NCBI GenBank assembly: GCA_040389905.1 | Contig: JAZJZK010000022.1 | Coordinates: forward strand, 29,774 to 93,773 | DNA length: 64,000 nt | Direction of reading: 5' to 3' | DNA from: Gemmatimonadota bacterium | GTDB taxonomy: Bacteria; Gemmatimonadota; Gemmatimonadetes; Gemmatimonadales; Gemmatimonadaceae | Shown: positions 29,691 through 39,779 of the stretch, in pieces | Numbering within the stretch: the first letter of the stretch is position 1 | Layout: the number at the start of each line of letters is the position of its first letter | Position numbers and translations under genes: made by a program | The notes under the pieces: model-generated | Databases searched by the model: none | What the model was told of the DNA's origin: nothing | Seen by the model: only the letters and a program-made list of their open reading frames with translations

Positions 29691-32150
29691 CTACGGGAAG
29701 CCGGGCCCCGACTGCTGCTGCTGCTCGACCTGTCTCACGCGCGGAACCTGTCCAAAGTTGTACTGAACCCCGAGGAACACGCCGCGAACTCCCGCCGTCC
29801 GCTCGGTGATCTGGTAGACGTTGTCGTCACCCGTGCTGATCCTGAACCGGTTCGTGCTGAACGGATCCAGGACTCTCACGAGAACTGCAAGATTGTCGCC
29901 GTCGACCTTCTTGCGGACGGTGAAGTTCACATTCGTGACCGCTGCGAACTCTCCACGCTCGATCTTCATCGGTGCGCGGTACTGGTAGTTGCCCTGCACC
30001 ATCAGCGTCGGCGTGAGGTTGGACGTCACGCTCATGCGGCCCATCCACGCGATCGCGTTCGAGCCGACACTGGAGAGCGAGCCGCCGTCGGTTACCATCT
30101 TGAAGATGTTGAACCCCGACAGGACACTCAGCTTCGGTGAGTAGCGGAACTGGCCATTCACGTCCGCACCCCACGAATTGCTCGTCGCAAGATTCTGGAA
30201 GCTGATGGATGTCACGTTCCGGCCGTCGATCATGTCGTCCGTATCGATGATGACGCGGATGATGTTGGTCGTATGCCGGAAGAAGGGCGACAGCTGGAAC
30301 GTTCCGTACTGGCCATTCTTCACGAGACCGAGCTCGAGCGCGTCGGTGTATTCCGGATCCAACTTCGGGTTGCCGAGGAACACGTTCTGGACGTCGAAGA
30401 ACGTGGGGAACGGATTCAACTCCTGCGTCCCTGGCCGGCGAATACGGCGCGAGTAGCTCGACTTGAGCTGAAGGCCATCATTCACATTGTACATCACGAT
30501 GCCGCTCGGGAAGACGCTGGCGTACTGATAGGGATAGTTGCTGGCGCTTCCAGCGAGCTTGAAATCGCGGCTCGCCAGCTCGCCGCGCAGGCCCCCCTGA
30601 AGCTCGAACTTGCCCGCGCCCTGACTCAGCACGCCGTACACCGCGTTGACTTCTTCGTCGAACTCGAGCCCGTTGCTCAGGTCGCTCCGAACCCAGACGT
30701 TGGTACCGAGCGGATCCTTCAGGACGTTGTAGTCGCGGTCGAGCCAGCGCGTCGTGCTCTTGAAGCCTGTCTCCAACTTGGTGCGCGCAGCGAGCGTGCG
30801 CGTGTAGTCCAGCTGCGCATTGAAGGACTTCGACACCGCCTCCGTGATATCCCGCTCACCTTCGAGCTTCGGTGAGGACAACGACGACGAGAGCGGCGCC
30901 TGGCGCCACAACATCGTCTCGTCATCGTCGTCGCCACGATTGAAGCGAACCTCGGCGTTCACCTCGTGCTTACGCGGCTCGAAGGTGCGCTTGAACGCGA
31001 GGCTGTAGTCCACCATCCAGCCCGTTGCGCCCGTATTGCGGAGGCGATCGTATCGGTCGAGCAACGTCCGCGCGCTATTCAATTCGGAGTACGCCATGAG
31101 CGTCGCGTCGGACGACCGGCGGCGATTGAACGAGAAGACGTTCGACACCACGTCGCGAGGATTCAGCTTGTAGTCGACGTTGAGACTCGCGTTGTGGCCG
31201 GCGTTCCCATTCAACGTGGAGATGTCCTGGTCGGTGAACGAAAGCGGCACCAGCGCCGCGCCGAGCTTCTGCCGGTCGTTGATGCCGATGACGTTCCGAT
31301 CTTCGGCGTTGAATCCGTAGGTCGTGAACGTGGACAGGTTGCCCGCCTGGTAGCCGACGTTACCCGACGTCCCGTACCGCTGCTTGTTCGCAGCGTTCGC
31401 ATTCACGCCACCGCTGAAGCCGAGGTCGACGTTCTGCTTCATCACGATATTGATGATGCCCGCCATGCCTTCTGGATCGTACTTGGCAGACGGATTCGGC
31501 ACGACTTCCACACGATCGAGCACATTCGCGGGCAGCGACTTGAGGTATGCAGCGAGCTGCGTGCCCCGAATCGGTGACGGGCGGCCGTTGATCTGGATGG
31601 CGACATTCTCGTTGCCGCGCAGGCTGACCTTTCCATCAGCGTCAACGGCGACGGACGGAACGTTCTCGAGGACGTCACTGGCATTCGATGCGCCAGGCGC
31701 CACGTCCTTCGCGCGATACGTGTTGCGATCGGGTTCGATCGTGGCCGCCGCTGCCTCTTCGACGACGTTCACGCTGCCGAGCGTCACCGCGAAGCGAGAC
31801 AGCCGCAGAACGCCAACGTTGGCGATCGGCGCGCTATCGGTGATGGCGAAATCTCGAACGACGGGCGTGTAGCCGAGCGCTGCCACGCGCAGTGAATAGC
31901 GGCCGGGGCGTAGGCCAGGCGCGCGGAAGGTACCAGCGGGGGTGGCGATTGCTCCGGCGACGAGCGACGAATCTCGCTTGCTACGAATGGTTGCGGACGC
32001 ACGCGCGAGCGGCATGCTGTCCTTGGCGTCGAGCACAGTTCCGCGAAGCTCGCCCGGTCCGGACGGCGGCGGAGTGACAGGTCTTCCCTGCGCGGACGCG
32101 AGTTGCGTGGCGGCGAACAGGAAGGCGATGGCGAACAGGTGGCGTCTCAC
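29691..32150 (-). CDS. TonB-dependent receptor / outer-membrane beta-barrel with N-terminal carboxypeptidase-regulatory-like domain
   Basis: VLENVPSV.VD.DG.VSLRG, EVVPNPSAKYDPEG.AGIINI, GNPKLDPEY and QYNFG motifs; start placed at GTG 32150, ahead of a signal peptide. Confidence 0.92.
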   Translation of the reverse strand: MRRHLFAIAFLFAATQLASAQGRPVTPPPSGPGELRGTVLDAKDSMPLARASATIRSKRDSSLVAGAIATPAGTFRAPGLRPGRYSLRVAALGYTPVVRDFAITDSAPIANVGVLRLSRFAVTLGSVNVVEEAAAATIEPDRNTYRAKDVAPGASNASDVLENVPSVAVDADGKVSLRGNENVAIQINGRPSPIRGTQLAAYLKSLPANVLDRVEVVPNPSAKYDPEGMAGIINIVMKQNVDLGFSGGVNANAANKQRYGTSGNVGYQAGNLSTFTTYGFNAEDRNVIGINDRQKLGAALVPLSFTDQDISTLNGNAGHNASLNVDYKLNPRDVVSNVFSFNRRRSSDATLMAYSELNSARTLLDRYDRLRNTGATGWMVDYSLAFKRTFEPRKHEVNAEVRFNRGDDDDETMLWRQAPLSSSLSSPKLEGERDITEAVSKSFNAQLDYTRTLAARTKLETGFKSTTRWLDRDYNVLKDPLGTNVWVRSDLSNGLEFDEEVNAVYGVLSQGAGKFELQGGLRGELASRDFKLAGSASNYPYQYASVFPSGIVMYNVNDGLQLKSSYSRRIRRPGTQELNPFPTFFDVQNVFLGNPKLDPEYTDALELGLVKNGQYGTFQLSPFFRHTTNIIRVIIDTDDMIDGRNVTSISFQNLATSNSWGADVNGQFRYSPKLSVLSGFNIFKMVTDGGSLSSVGSNAIAWMGRMSVTSNLTPTLMVQGNYQYRAPMKIERGEFAAVTNVNFTVRKKVDGDNLAVLVRVLDPFSTNRFRISTGDDNVYQITERTAGVRGVFLGVQYNFGQVPRVRQVEQQQQSGPGFP

Positions 32151-32311
32151 AGGTGGGGTTCCAAGAGGAAGTGGAGAAACCGGATCGGCGTACGCGATTG
32201 CGCGTATTCGTTCCGGTATCCAGTACGAGACTTCCCCTATGGAGTTTCGACTTTTTTTCAACTAAGAGACTGTGTCATTTCGACTACGAAAACTCACAGT
32301 TCTCTAACGGT

Positions 32312-32926
32312 TTACTGTGTCACTTCGACGACAGCGGCGCCTCGCGTCGCATCAGCCAACGCGGAAATGAGCGCAGTGATTTCCGTTCGCGGAACGAGAA
32401 GGCGATACTGCACATTCGCTTCATATTTCTCGTCCATGATCTCTGCGCGTATTGCGTCGAACTGTTGTTGCGCGACAGTGACGCTGGCATAGTCGATCGT
32501 CACGCGTACCTCGACGACGTCGACCTTCTCTCGGAGCGGAAGCGATTCGAACGCGAGCTTCACCATGCCGCCATAGGCCTTGACGAGTCCACCCGTTCCG
32601 AGCTTGGTACCGCCGTAGTAGCGCGTGACGACCGCGACGACCTCCCCAACACCGCTGTGCAACAGAACCGTCAGCATCGGCCTGCCGGCGGTGCCGTGCG
32701 GCTCGCCATCGTCGCTCATCCCGACCTGATTGGTATTGCCTGGCGGACCTGCCGCGAAGGCCTAGCAGTTGTGCGTCGCGTCCGCAAACTCGCGCCCGAT
32801 TTCCCGCACGAACGCCTGAGCCTCGGCAGCCGTAGTGCATCGTTCGATGGTGCAGCAGAAACGGCTGCGTTCGATGGTCTGTTCCACCCGATGCCGCGCT
32901 GCAGGGATGGGATATCGACTGTCCAT
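32312..32926 (-). pseudogene. yigZ: YigZ/IMPACT-family gene with an in-frame TAG at codon 55
   Basis: From ATG 32926: ...IERSRF...DATHNC*AF...SDDGEPHGTAGRPM...VTRYYGGTKLGTGGLVKAY. The TAG at 32762-32764 is where Trp (TGG) is expected. Confidence 0.75.
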
Positions 32927-32984
32927 GTCGTTCCGGCCGAGGGGATTTGGTGGTAAGCTGTCAGCGTAGTGAAAGACTCGCGAT

Positions 32985-33013
32985 TGTCACCCCGAGCGGC
33001 GCTCGGGATGACA
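32985..33013. repeat. Collapsed family A REP-like copy
   Basis: TGTCACCCCGAGCGGCGCTCGGGATGACA. Confidence 0.8.
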
Positions 33014-33070
33014 TCCATAAGGTGCTTCCAGACGACAGTTCTGGAACGCAACAAGGTATCAAGGAGATTC

Positions 33071-34513
33071 ATGCGTCGGATGAATTCTGGAATGATCGGA
33101 GCTGTCTCGCTGGCAATCATCGGTTGCGCCGGAAGCACCACGCAGATGCCGGCCTCCGCGTCGTCCGAGGACGCGGTTCTCGCGAAGGCACGCGGCATCC
33201 ACGACCGTGTGATGACGGCCGACACCCACGTCGATATCGATGCTGGTGCGTTTCGCGTCGGTGAACTGAACTACGGCCAGCGACTGAGTTCCCAGGTCGA
33301 CTTGACCAAAATGGAGGCGGGCGGCCTCGACGCGGTGTTCGTCTCCATCTACGTCGGTCAGGGCGCGCTCGACTCGGCGGGCTTTGCGCGCGCGTACGCC
33401 ACGGACACGGCGAAGTTCAACGCCGTGCATACGCTTGCCGAGAAGATTGCTCCCTCTCGGATCGCGATCGCGTACACTGCTGACGACGCGCGGCGAATCT
33501 ACGCCAGCGGCAAGAAGGTCGCGTTCATGGGCGTCGAGAACGGCTATGGAATTGCCAACGACATCACGCGAGTGAAGGAGTTCTACGATCGCGGCGCGCG
33601 GTACATGTCACTCGCCCACAATGGCCACAGCCAGCTGTCCGATTCGAACACCGGTGAAGCCACCAACGATTGGATGTGGCACGGATTGTCGCCACTCGGC
33701 AAGCAGGTGATCGCCGAAATGAATCGGCTTGGCATCATGATCGACGTGTCGCATCCGTCGAAGGAGTCGATGATGCAGGCCATCGCGATGTCGAAGGCCC
33801 CGATCATGGCGTCGCACTCCGGAGTGCGCGCACTCTGCAACGTCTCGCGCAACCTCGACGACGAGCAGCTGAAGGCGATGGCGAAGAATGGCGGTGTGGT
33901 CCAGATGGTCGCCTTTCGCAGCTATGTGAAGTGTGACCCTGCCTCGACAACCGCGCGCACCCAGGCGATTGCGGCACTGAACACCGAATTCGGCCTCACC
34001 GTGCCGACCGGTCGTGGTGGAGGTGCCGGCGGCCGAGGTGCGGGCGGAGGCGGCGGTGGGCGTGGTGGACCTGTCGCTGGCGCACCGGGAATGGCGTGTG
34101 GTGCTCCCGCTGCTGGTGGCGGACGCGCAGGCGGCACCGCGGCGGCGCTCGACTCGCTCGTGGCTGCGCTACCGCCGGGGCGCCGGCAACAGTACCTCGA
34201 CAAGCAGCGCGCGATCAACGAGAAGTATCCCACGGCAGCGCAAGCAACGGTCAAGGACTTCGTCGATCACATCGATTATGGCGTGAAGTTGATGGGAATC
34301 GACCACGTCGGTATCAGCTCGGATTTCGACGGAGGCGGGGGATTGGACGGATACAACTGCGCGCTCGAGTCGATCAACGTGACGACCGAACTCGTGCGGC
34401 GCGGATATACAGAAGAGCAGATCGCCAAGATCTGGAGTGGAAACCTGCTCCGTGTGCTGGGCGAGGTAGAGGCAGTGGCGAAGAAGATTCAAGCGGGCGG
34501 GCTGCGCCCGTAG
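33071..34513 (+). CDS. M19 membrane dipeptidase family, probable lipoprotein
   Basis: AAGGAG RBS before ATG 33071, IIGC lipobox, and DTHVD, GVENG, IDVSH, ASHS, RNL.D, DHIDY and SSDFDGG motifs. Confidence 0.93.
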   Translation: MRRMNSGMIGAVSLAIIGCAGSTTQMPASASSEDAVLAKARGIHDRVMTADTHVDIDAGAFRVGELNYGQRLSSQVDLTKMEAGGLDAVFVSIYVGQGALDSAGFARAYATDTAKFNAVHTLAEKIAPSRIAIAYTADDARRIYASGKKVAFMGVENGYGIANDITRVKEFYDRGARYMSLAHNGHSQLSDSNTGEATNDWMWHGLSPLGKQVIAEMNRLGIMIDVSHPSKESMMQAIAMSKAPIMASHSGVRALCNVSRNLDDEQLKAMAKNGGVVQMVAFRSYVKCDPASTTARTQAIAALNTEFGLTVPTGRGGGAGGRGAGGGGGGRGGPVAGAPGMACGAPAAGGGRAGGTAAALDSLVAALPPGRRQQYLDKQRAINEKYPTAAQATVKDFVDHIDYGVKLMGIDHVGISSDFDGGGGLDGYNCALESINVTTELVRRGYTEEQIAKIWSGNLLRVLGEVEAVAKKIQAGGLRP

Positions 34514-34528
34514 ATTGGGACTGATGAC

Positions 34529-34808
34529 TGCGTTGAAGACTGCGTTGTTCGTGGGAGAACATCCGATTGTATTGATTGTTCGGATTTGCACGGATTGCGT
34601 TTGCAACGCCGAATCACGCAACAATTACATGAACCTTTCAGGTGCAGACCCTTCGACTCGCGGAGCCTGCCCTGAGCGCAGTCGAATGGGCTCGCTCAGA
34701 CTGGCAAATGATTTTGGGCGACACGATTTGAACTCATATCGCTATCCGTAGAATCCCTGTAATCCGTCGAATCTTGTTCCACCTCCGAATAACGCGGTTT
34801 CAAGCGCA
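34529..34808. repeat. Composite palindromic intergenic element: family B arms with a nested family A remnant
   Basis: 34529-34551 is the near reverse complement of 34786-34808, CGGAT/ATCCG units lie inward, and a family A sequence sits at ~34639-34706. Confidence 0.6.
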
Positions 34809-34847
34809 TTCTTGACGTTGTATCACCGCAGCAATTGAGGATCTCAA

Positions 34848-37238
34848 ATGAAGACGACTCGCGTCGCTATTGTCCTCTCGACCCTGATCGCCGTATCCGC
34901 GCCGATCGAGGCCCAGAAACCGAAATACACCATCGACCAATTCCTTTCGCCAGCGTCGCCACTCGAGGTAAGTGCATCGAGGAAGACCGACAAGATCGCC
35001 TGGGTCACGTACGAGCGCGGCATGCGCAACATCTACGTGGCATCCGCGCCGGCGTTCAAGGCCACGCGCATCACCAATTTCATGAAGGACGACGGAGTGG
35101 ATCTCGGCTCCGTGCGCCTGTCCGACGACGGGTCGATTGCGATCTTCGTGCGGGGCACGTCGCCGAACCGGGAGGGGTGGGTCGCCAATCCGTCGCACGA
35201 TCCGGATGGTGGTGAGCGCGCGGTCTGGGCCGCGAAGACCGATGGTAGCGGCGCATGGCGGCTCACGTCGATCACAGGAACACAGCTTGGCGGTCGCGGC
35301 GGCGGCGCCCCGGAGCTGTCGCCGGACGGGAAGTACGCGGTGTTTGTCAGGGACGGTCAGATCTTCCGCGCACGGACGGCCAAGGGCTCCACGGCGGCAA
35401 TCGATACGGCCGGCGTTCCCTTCATCAAGGAGTGGGGGCGTCAGGGCAGTCCCGCGTGGTCGCCCGATGGTTCGAAGCTCGCCTTCGTGAGCACGCGCGA
35501 CAATCACGCGTTCATCGGCCTCTACGACATGAAGTCGCGCACGGTGGATTTCATTTCGCCGAGCGTTGACATCGATGGCAGCCCGGCGTGGTCGGCGGAT
35601 GGAAAGCGGATTGCATTCATTCGTCGCCCAGGTACGCCATTCGGCCAGCAGGACGCGACGGGCGCCGCGTTTGGACAGGCTCCAGCGCCGGTCGCGGGCG
35701 CGGCGCCAGGGGGTGGGCGTGGCGGCCGAGGCGGCGCAGGTGCGGCAGCCGCAGCGGGTGCAGCATCGGCGACAACGCCCAGCGGCTGCCGAGTGCAGGG
35801 TGGTGGCGGCGGACGAGGAGGTGGTGGTGGTGGGCGTGGCGGGCAGCCGGATACAGCCACCGTTGTATATGATGGCCTCTGCCGAGCGGCGTTCGCGGGT
35901 GGTCACACGATCGAGTTCATGGTCGCTGACGTTGCGACCGGCAAGGCGCATACGTTTTGGAAGAACCAGCCGCAGGACCGCAACTTCGCGGCCATCAACA
36001 GCATCGCCTGGGCGGGCGATCACGTGGTGTTCTCCGCTCCCCAGCCGCGCGACGAGTGGGATCGCTATTACTCGGTGCGCATCGAGAATTCCGATCCGAA
36101 GCCGATGCTGCTCACGTCGACCGATGGCCTCATCAATGATGGCGTCGCCGACCGCACGTTCGTGACGACGGCATTCTCGCGCGACGGCAAGACGATGTAC
36201 TACGCGACGAATGCGACGGACATCGAGAAGCGGCACATCTGGGCGGTCCCGACCGCTGGTGGAACGCCGACGAAGATCTCGACCGACGATGGCGTTGCGG
36301 TGTCGCCCACGCCGTTGGCGTCGGGCAAGAGCCTCGCGGTGCTGTTCTTCGATGCGGCGCAGCCGGCGTCGATCGGCATCGTTCCGACGTCCGGGGGCCC
36401 CACCAAGGTGGTGTACCCTACCCTTCCCAAGGATTTCCCGCAGCTGGCACACGTGAAGCCAGAGATCATCCTCACGAAGGCGCCTGATGGGATGGAGGTG
36501 CACAACCAGCTGTTCCTGCCAAAGGACCTCAAGCCGGGTGAAAAGCGACCGGCGATCGTCTTCGTGCACGGCGGCCCGGCGCGCCAGATGCTGCCGGCGT
36601 ATCACTACATGCAGTTCTATCACTGGTCGTATGCGTACAACCAGTGGCTGCAGACGCAGGGCTACATCGTGCTGTCGGTCAACTATCGGGCGGGAGTGGG
36701 CTACGGGAATTCCTTCCGCCGCGCGCCCAACACGCAGGGCCAGGGCAACTCGGAGTACCAGGATGTCCTCGCCGGCGCGAAGTACCTGCAGAGCCGCCCG
36801 GACGTCGACGCGTCACGAGTGGGAATCTGGGGGTTGTCATATGGTGGATTGCTGACAGCCGAGGCGCTGGCGCGCAATTCCGATGTCTTCGTGGCGGGCG
36901 TCGATCTCGCCGGCGTGCACATCTACGGAAGTGCCGCGGACACGACGAGCCTCGCCTTCCGCTCATCGGCCGTTGGCCACATCGATACATGGAAGTCACC
37001 GGTGTTTCTCCAGCAAGGCGACGACGACCGCAATGTGGATTTCGCGCAGATGGTCGGACTGGTGAGCCTCCTGCGCGCGCGCAACATCTACTACGAGTTG
37101 ACCGTTACGCCGGACGATGTGCATGAATCACTGATTCATAGCCGGTGGATCGATATCTTCGGGCGCAGTAGCGACTTCCTCCACCGCTTCGTGTGGGAGA
37201 AGCAGGCGGCTCCGGCAATGACGTCGAACGGGAAATAG
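34848..37238 (+). CDS. Secreted S9-family (prolyl oligopeptidase / DPP IV-like) serine peptidase
   Basis: Signal peptide, propeller repeats (WSPDG), VHGGP, GLSYGG nucleophile motif, GDDDRNV and DDVH. Confidence 0.93.
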   Translation: MKTTRVAIVLSTLIAVSAPIEAQKPKYTIDQFLSPASPLEVSASRKTDKIAWVTYERGMRNIYVASAPAFKATRITNFMKDDGVDLGSVRLSDDGSIAIFVRGTSPNREGWVANPSHDPDGGERAVWAAKTDGSGAWRLTSITGTQLGGRGGGAPELSPDGKYAVFVRDGQIFRARTAKGSTAAIDTAGVPFIKEWGRQGSPAWSPDGSKLAFVSTRDNHAFIGLYDMKSRTVDFISPSVDIDGSPAWSADGKRIAFIRRPGTPFGQQDATGAAFGQAPAPVAGAAPGGGRGGRGGAGAAAAAGAASATTPSGCRVQGGGGGRGGGGGGRGGQPDTATVVYDGLCRAAFAGGHTIEFMVADVATGKAHTFWKNQPQDRNFAAINSIAWAGDHVVFSAPQPRDEWDRYYSVRIENSDPKPMLLTSTDGLINDGVADRTFVTTAFSRDGKTMYYATNATDIEKRHIWAVPTAGGTPTKISTDDGVAVSPTPLASGKSLAVLFFDAAQPASIGIVPTSGGPTKVVYPTLPKDFPQLAHVKPEIILTKAPDGMEVHNQLFLPKDLKPGEKRPAIVFVHGGPARQMLPAYHYMQFYHWSYAYNQWLQTQGYIVLSVNYRAGVGYGNSFRRAPNTQGQGNSEYQDVLAGAKYLQSRPDVDASRVGIWGLSYGGLLTAEALARNSDVFVAGVDLAGVHIYGSAADTTSLAFRSSAVGHIDTWKSPVFLQQGDDDRNVDFAQMVGLVSLLRARNIYYELTVTPDDVHESLIHSRWIDIFGRSSDFLHRFVWEKQAAPAMTSNGK

Positions 37239-37246
37239 CTACTCGC

Positions 37247-37336
37247 TGTCATCCCGAGCGAAGTCGAGGGATCTGCACCTTCCGTCTGGGCTTGTGGTGC
37301 AGACCCCTCGACTCGCTTCGCTCGCTCGGGGTGACA
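37247..37336. repeat. Full family A REP-like copy, inverted relative to 3050-3139
   Basis: TGTCATCCCGAGCGAAGTCGAGGGATCTGCACC...GGTGCAGACCCCTCGACTCGCTTCGCTCGCTCGGGGTGACA. Confidence 0.85.
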
Positions 37337-37359
37337 TTCCTACTATAAAGGCCGCTCAG

Positions 37360-39075
37360 ATGAGCATCTCCCGAACCTATCTCACGGCAACTTTCGCCCT
37401 CCTGCTCATCGCCACGCGAGGCCACGCGCAGGACCGCTCGCAATCCCGCTCCATGGTGGCGTCGCAAACCGGGATTGTCGCCAGCGAGAGCGTGCTCGCG
37501 TCGCAGGTGGGTGCGCGCATTCTCGAACAGGGTGGCAACGCCGTCGACGCCGCGGTCGCGGCGAATGCGATGATGGGGCTCATCGCGCCGATGAACGACG
37601 GCATCGGCGGCGACCTGTTCGCGATCGTGTATGAAGCAAAGACGGGAAAGCTCTACGGGCTCAATGCGTCGGGCTGGGCGCCCGCTGGTCTGTCGGCGGA
37701 CTACCTGCTGGCCAAGGGCATCAAGACGATGCCGACGCGGGGGATCAACAGTGTCACGGTTCCCGGTGCCGTCGACGGATGGAGCAAATTGCTCACACGC
37801 TTCGGGCGGAGAAGCATGGCGCAGGTGCTGGCGCCGGCAATCGGATACGCCGAGACAGGCTTTCCTGTGGGTGAAGTCGTAAGCGTGTATTGGCGCGACA
37901 GTCGAGATTCACTCATTCCGGATGGGCCAACGGCAAAGACCTTCCTCGTGGGCGGCCGCGCGCCGGCCGCGGGAAGCGTGTTCCGCAATCCGGAGCTCGC
38001 GTGGTCGTACCGGCAGTTGGCAACACAGGGCCGCGATGCATTCTACAAGGGAGACATCGCGAAGCGCATGGTCGCTTCGTCGAAGAGTCACGGCGGAACC
38101 ATGACCGCGGCGGACCTCGCGGAGTATTCGAGCGAGTGGGTCGAGCCGATCTCGACGACGTACCGCGGCTGGACGGTGCACGAGCTTCCACCGAATGGCC
38201 AGGGGATCGCGGCGCTCGAGATGCTCAACATCCTCGAGAACTTCTCGTTCGCCGCCGGCCAGCATAACAGCGTGCGCTCTCTGCACCTCATGATCGAAGC
38301 GAAGAAGCTCGCCTACTCGGACATGCAGCGGTACGATGCTGACCCTCGCTTTGCCAGGATTCCGACTGAAGGACTCCGCGCAAAGGCGTTCGCGAAACAA
38401 CGGGCATCGCTGATCGACTCGATGCGCGCGAATTGCACGGTTCCCGCCGGCGTGCCGCAGGGCACGGACAATGGGACGACGTACCTGAGCGTGGTGGATG
38501 GCGAGGGCAACATGGTGTCGCTCATCCAGAGCAACTACTCCACGGTGGGTTTCGGCTCAGGACTCGGCGTCGCCGGCGCGGGCTTTGTCTTCCACAATCG
38601 CGGTGGCGGCTTCACACTCGACAAGTCGTCGCCGAACGTCTTAGCCGGCAGAAAGCGGCCACTCCACACGATCATCCCGGCGTTCATGGAAAAGGGTGAC
38701 GTGCGCGTGGCGTTCGGCATCATGGGCGGATGGAACCAGGCGCAGGCGCACGCGCAGTTCGTGTCGAACATCGCGGATTACGGAATGAACATCCAGGGCG
38801 CGCTCGACGCCGCCCGCTTCTCGAAGGAGACGTTCGCGGGATGTGATGTGAATCTTGAATCGCGGATTTCCGAGGCCACGCGCAAGGAGTTACAGGTGCG
38901 CGGACATGTGCTCGTCATGCGGGGGGACTACTCGTCAACGCGCATGGGCGCGGGCCAAGCGGTGATGCGAGACTTTTCGACGAAGGTGAACTTCGGGGCG
39001 TCGGATCCGAGAAAGGATGGCGCGGCGGTGTCGGAGTTGCGAGCTGTTGGCGGGTCTCGGAAGAGAAGCCAGTAG
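37360..39075 (+). CDS. ggt: Gamma-glutamyltransferase-family Ntn hydrolase, secreted
   Basis: GGNAVDAAVA, GIGGDLF, VPGAV, autocleavage site GTTYLSVVD, RPLHTIIP, GIMGG and GASDPRKDG; start placed at ATG 37360. Confidence 0.92.
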   Translation: MSISRTYLTATFALLLIATRGHAQDRSQSRSMVASQTGIVASESVLASQVGARILEQGGNAVDAAVAANAMMGLIAPMNDGIGGDLFAIVYEAKTGKLYGLNASGWAPAGLSADYLLAKGIKTMPTRGINSVTVPGAVDGWSKLLTRFGRRSMAQVLAPAIGYAETGFPVGEVVSVYWRDSRDSLIPDGPTAKTFLVGGRAPAAGSVFRNPELAWSYRQLATQGRDAFYKGDIAKRMVASSKSHGGTMTAADLAEYSSEWVEPISTTYRGWTVHELPPNGQGIAALEMLNILENFSFAAGQHNSVRSLHLMIEAKKLAYSDMQRYDADPRFARIPTEGLRAKAFAKQRASLIDSMRANCTVPAGVPQGTDNGTTYLSVVDGEGNMVSLIQSNYSTVGFGSGLGVAGAGFVFHNRGGGFTLDKSSPNVLAGRKRPLHTIIPAFMEKGDVRVAFGIMGGWNQAQAHAQFVSNIADYGMNIQGALDAARFSKETFAGCDVNLESRISEATRKELQVRGHVLVMRGDYSSTRMGAGQAVMRDFSTKVNFGASDPRKDGAAVSELRAVGGSRKRSQ

Positions 39076-39137
39076 ACGCTCTGTGCTGGCCCTTCGCTCC
39101 GCTCACGGGCGACAAAGTCAGGTCAGAAGTGCGCCAC

Positions 39138-39653
39138 TCAATGCAGGCCCTTCACGAACGTCACGAGCGCATCCCGCTGCGCGGCAACCGTCCCGGACGC
39201 ACCGAACAGATGAATGAACAGCATTCCGTTCGGAGTCTCGGCAATCGCTGCAACAAGGGTCTGGCCCGGCTTCGCATTGGCGACGTCCCCCGCCCCGACG
39301 CCGCGCGCATACGTTCCGCGATATTCGGCGTAGGTGACCGGAAATGCGCCAGAAGAATCGCGCGTCACTTTTTCGTAGACCGCGGCACCATCCGGATTCG
39401 AGAACTGGCTCTTCCACCGCTCCGTGTTCGCCGCGACTGTCCCGCCCTGCCCCTTCCCGAAGAAATACACGATCACCTCGGCACCGGGCGCAACGAATTC
39501 CGCCAGCCGCATCGAGGAGGCCGGGGCGCGGGTCACCCAGCTTGAGGGAGCGGTGGTGCGGTATCCGAGGAGCGTGACCTCGGACTGCGCGCTGGCGACG
39601 ACCGGTATCGCGCAGAGGAAGCCCACGATGCACCGCAGAGGAGTGGCTGACAT
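39138..39653 (-). CDS. Hypothetical secreted protein
   Basis: Signal peptide ending ASA-Q; SSMR.AEF and GGTVAANTERWKSQF; fills the gap between ggt and the M28 gene. Confidence 0.7.
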   Translation of the reverse strand: MSATPLRCIVGFLCAIPVVASAQSEVTLLGYRTTAPSSWVTRAPASSMRLAEFVAPGAEVIVYFFGKGQGGTVAANTERWKSQFSNPDGAAVYEKVTRDSSGAFPVTYAEYRGTYARGVGAGDVANAKPGQTLVAAIAETPNGMLFIHLFGASGTVAAQRDALVTFVKGLH

Positions 39654-39779
39654 GACTGTCCGATGTGAGGATGACGGAATATGTCGCGGTCACTGGCTCC
39701 ACGGCAGCCGACGCGTAGCTTTTCTACCACTGACTGCATGCCGCCAATCGCGGCGACTTCCGATTTTCCCATTGTGCCC

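Noticed and set aside
32762..32764. TAG recoding (pyrrolysine or alternative genetic code) as the explanation for the yigZ stop
   Set aside because: TAG terminates fbp, mazG, asnS, recG and others at their expected ends, and no recoding machinery is seen in the window.
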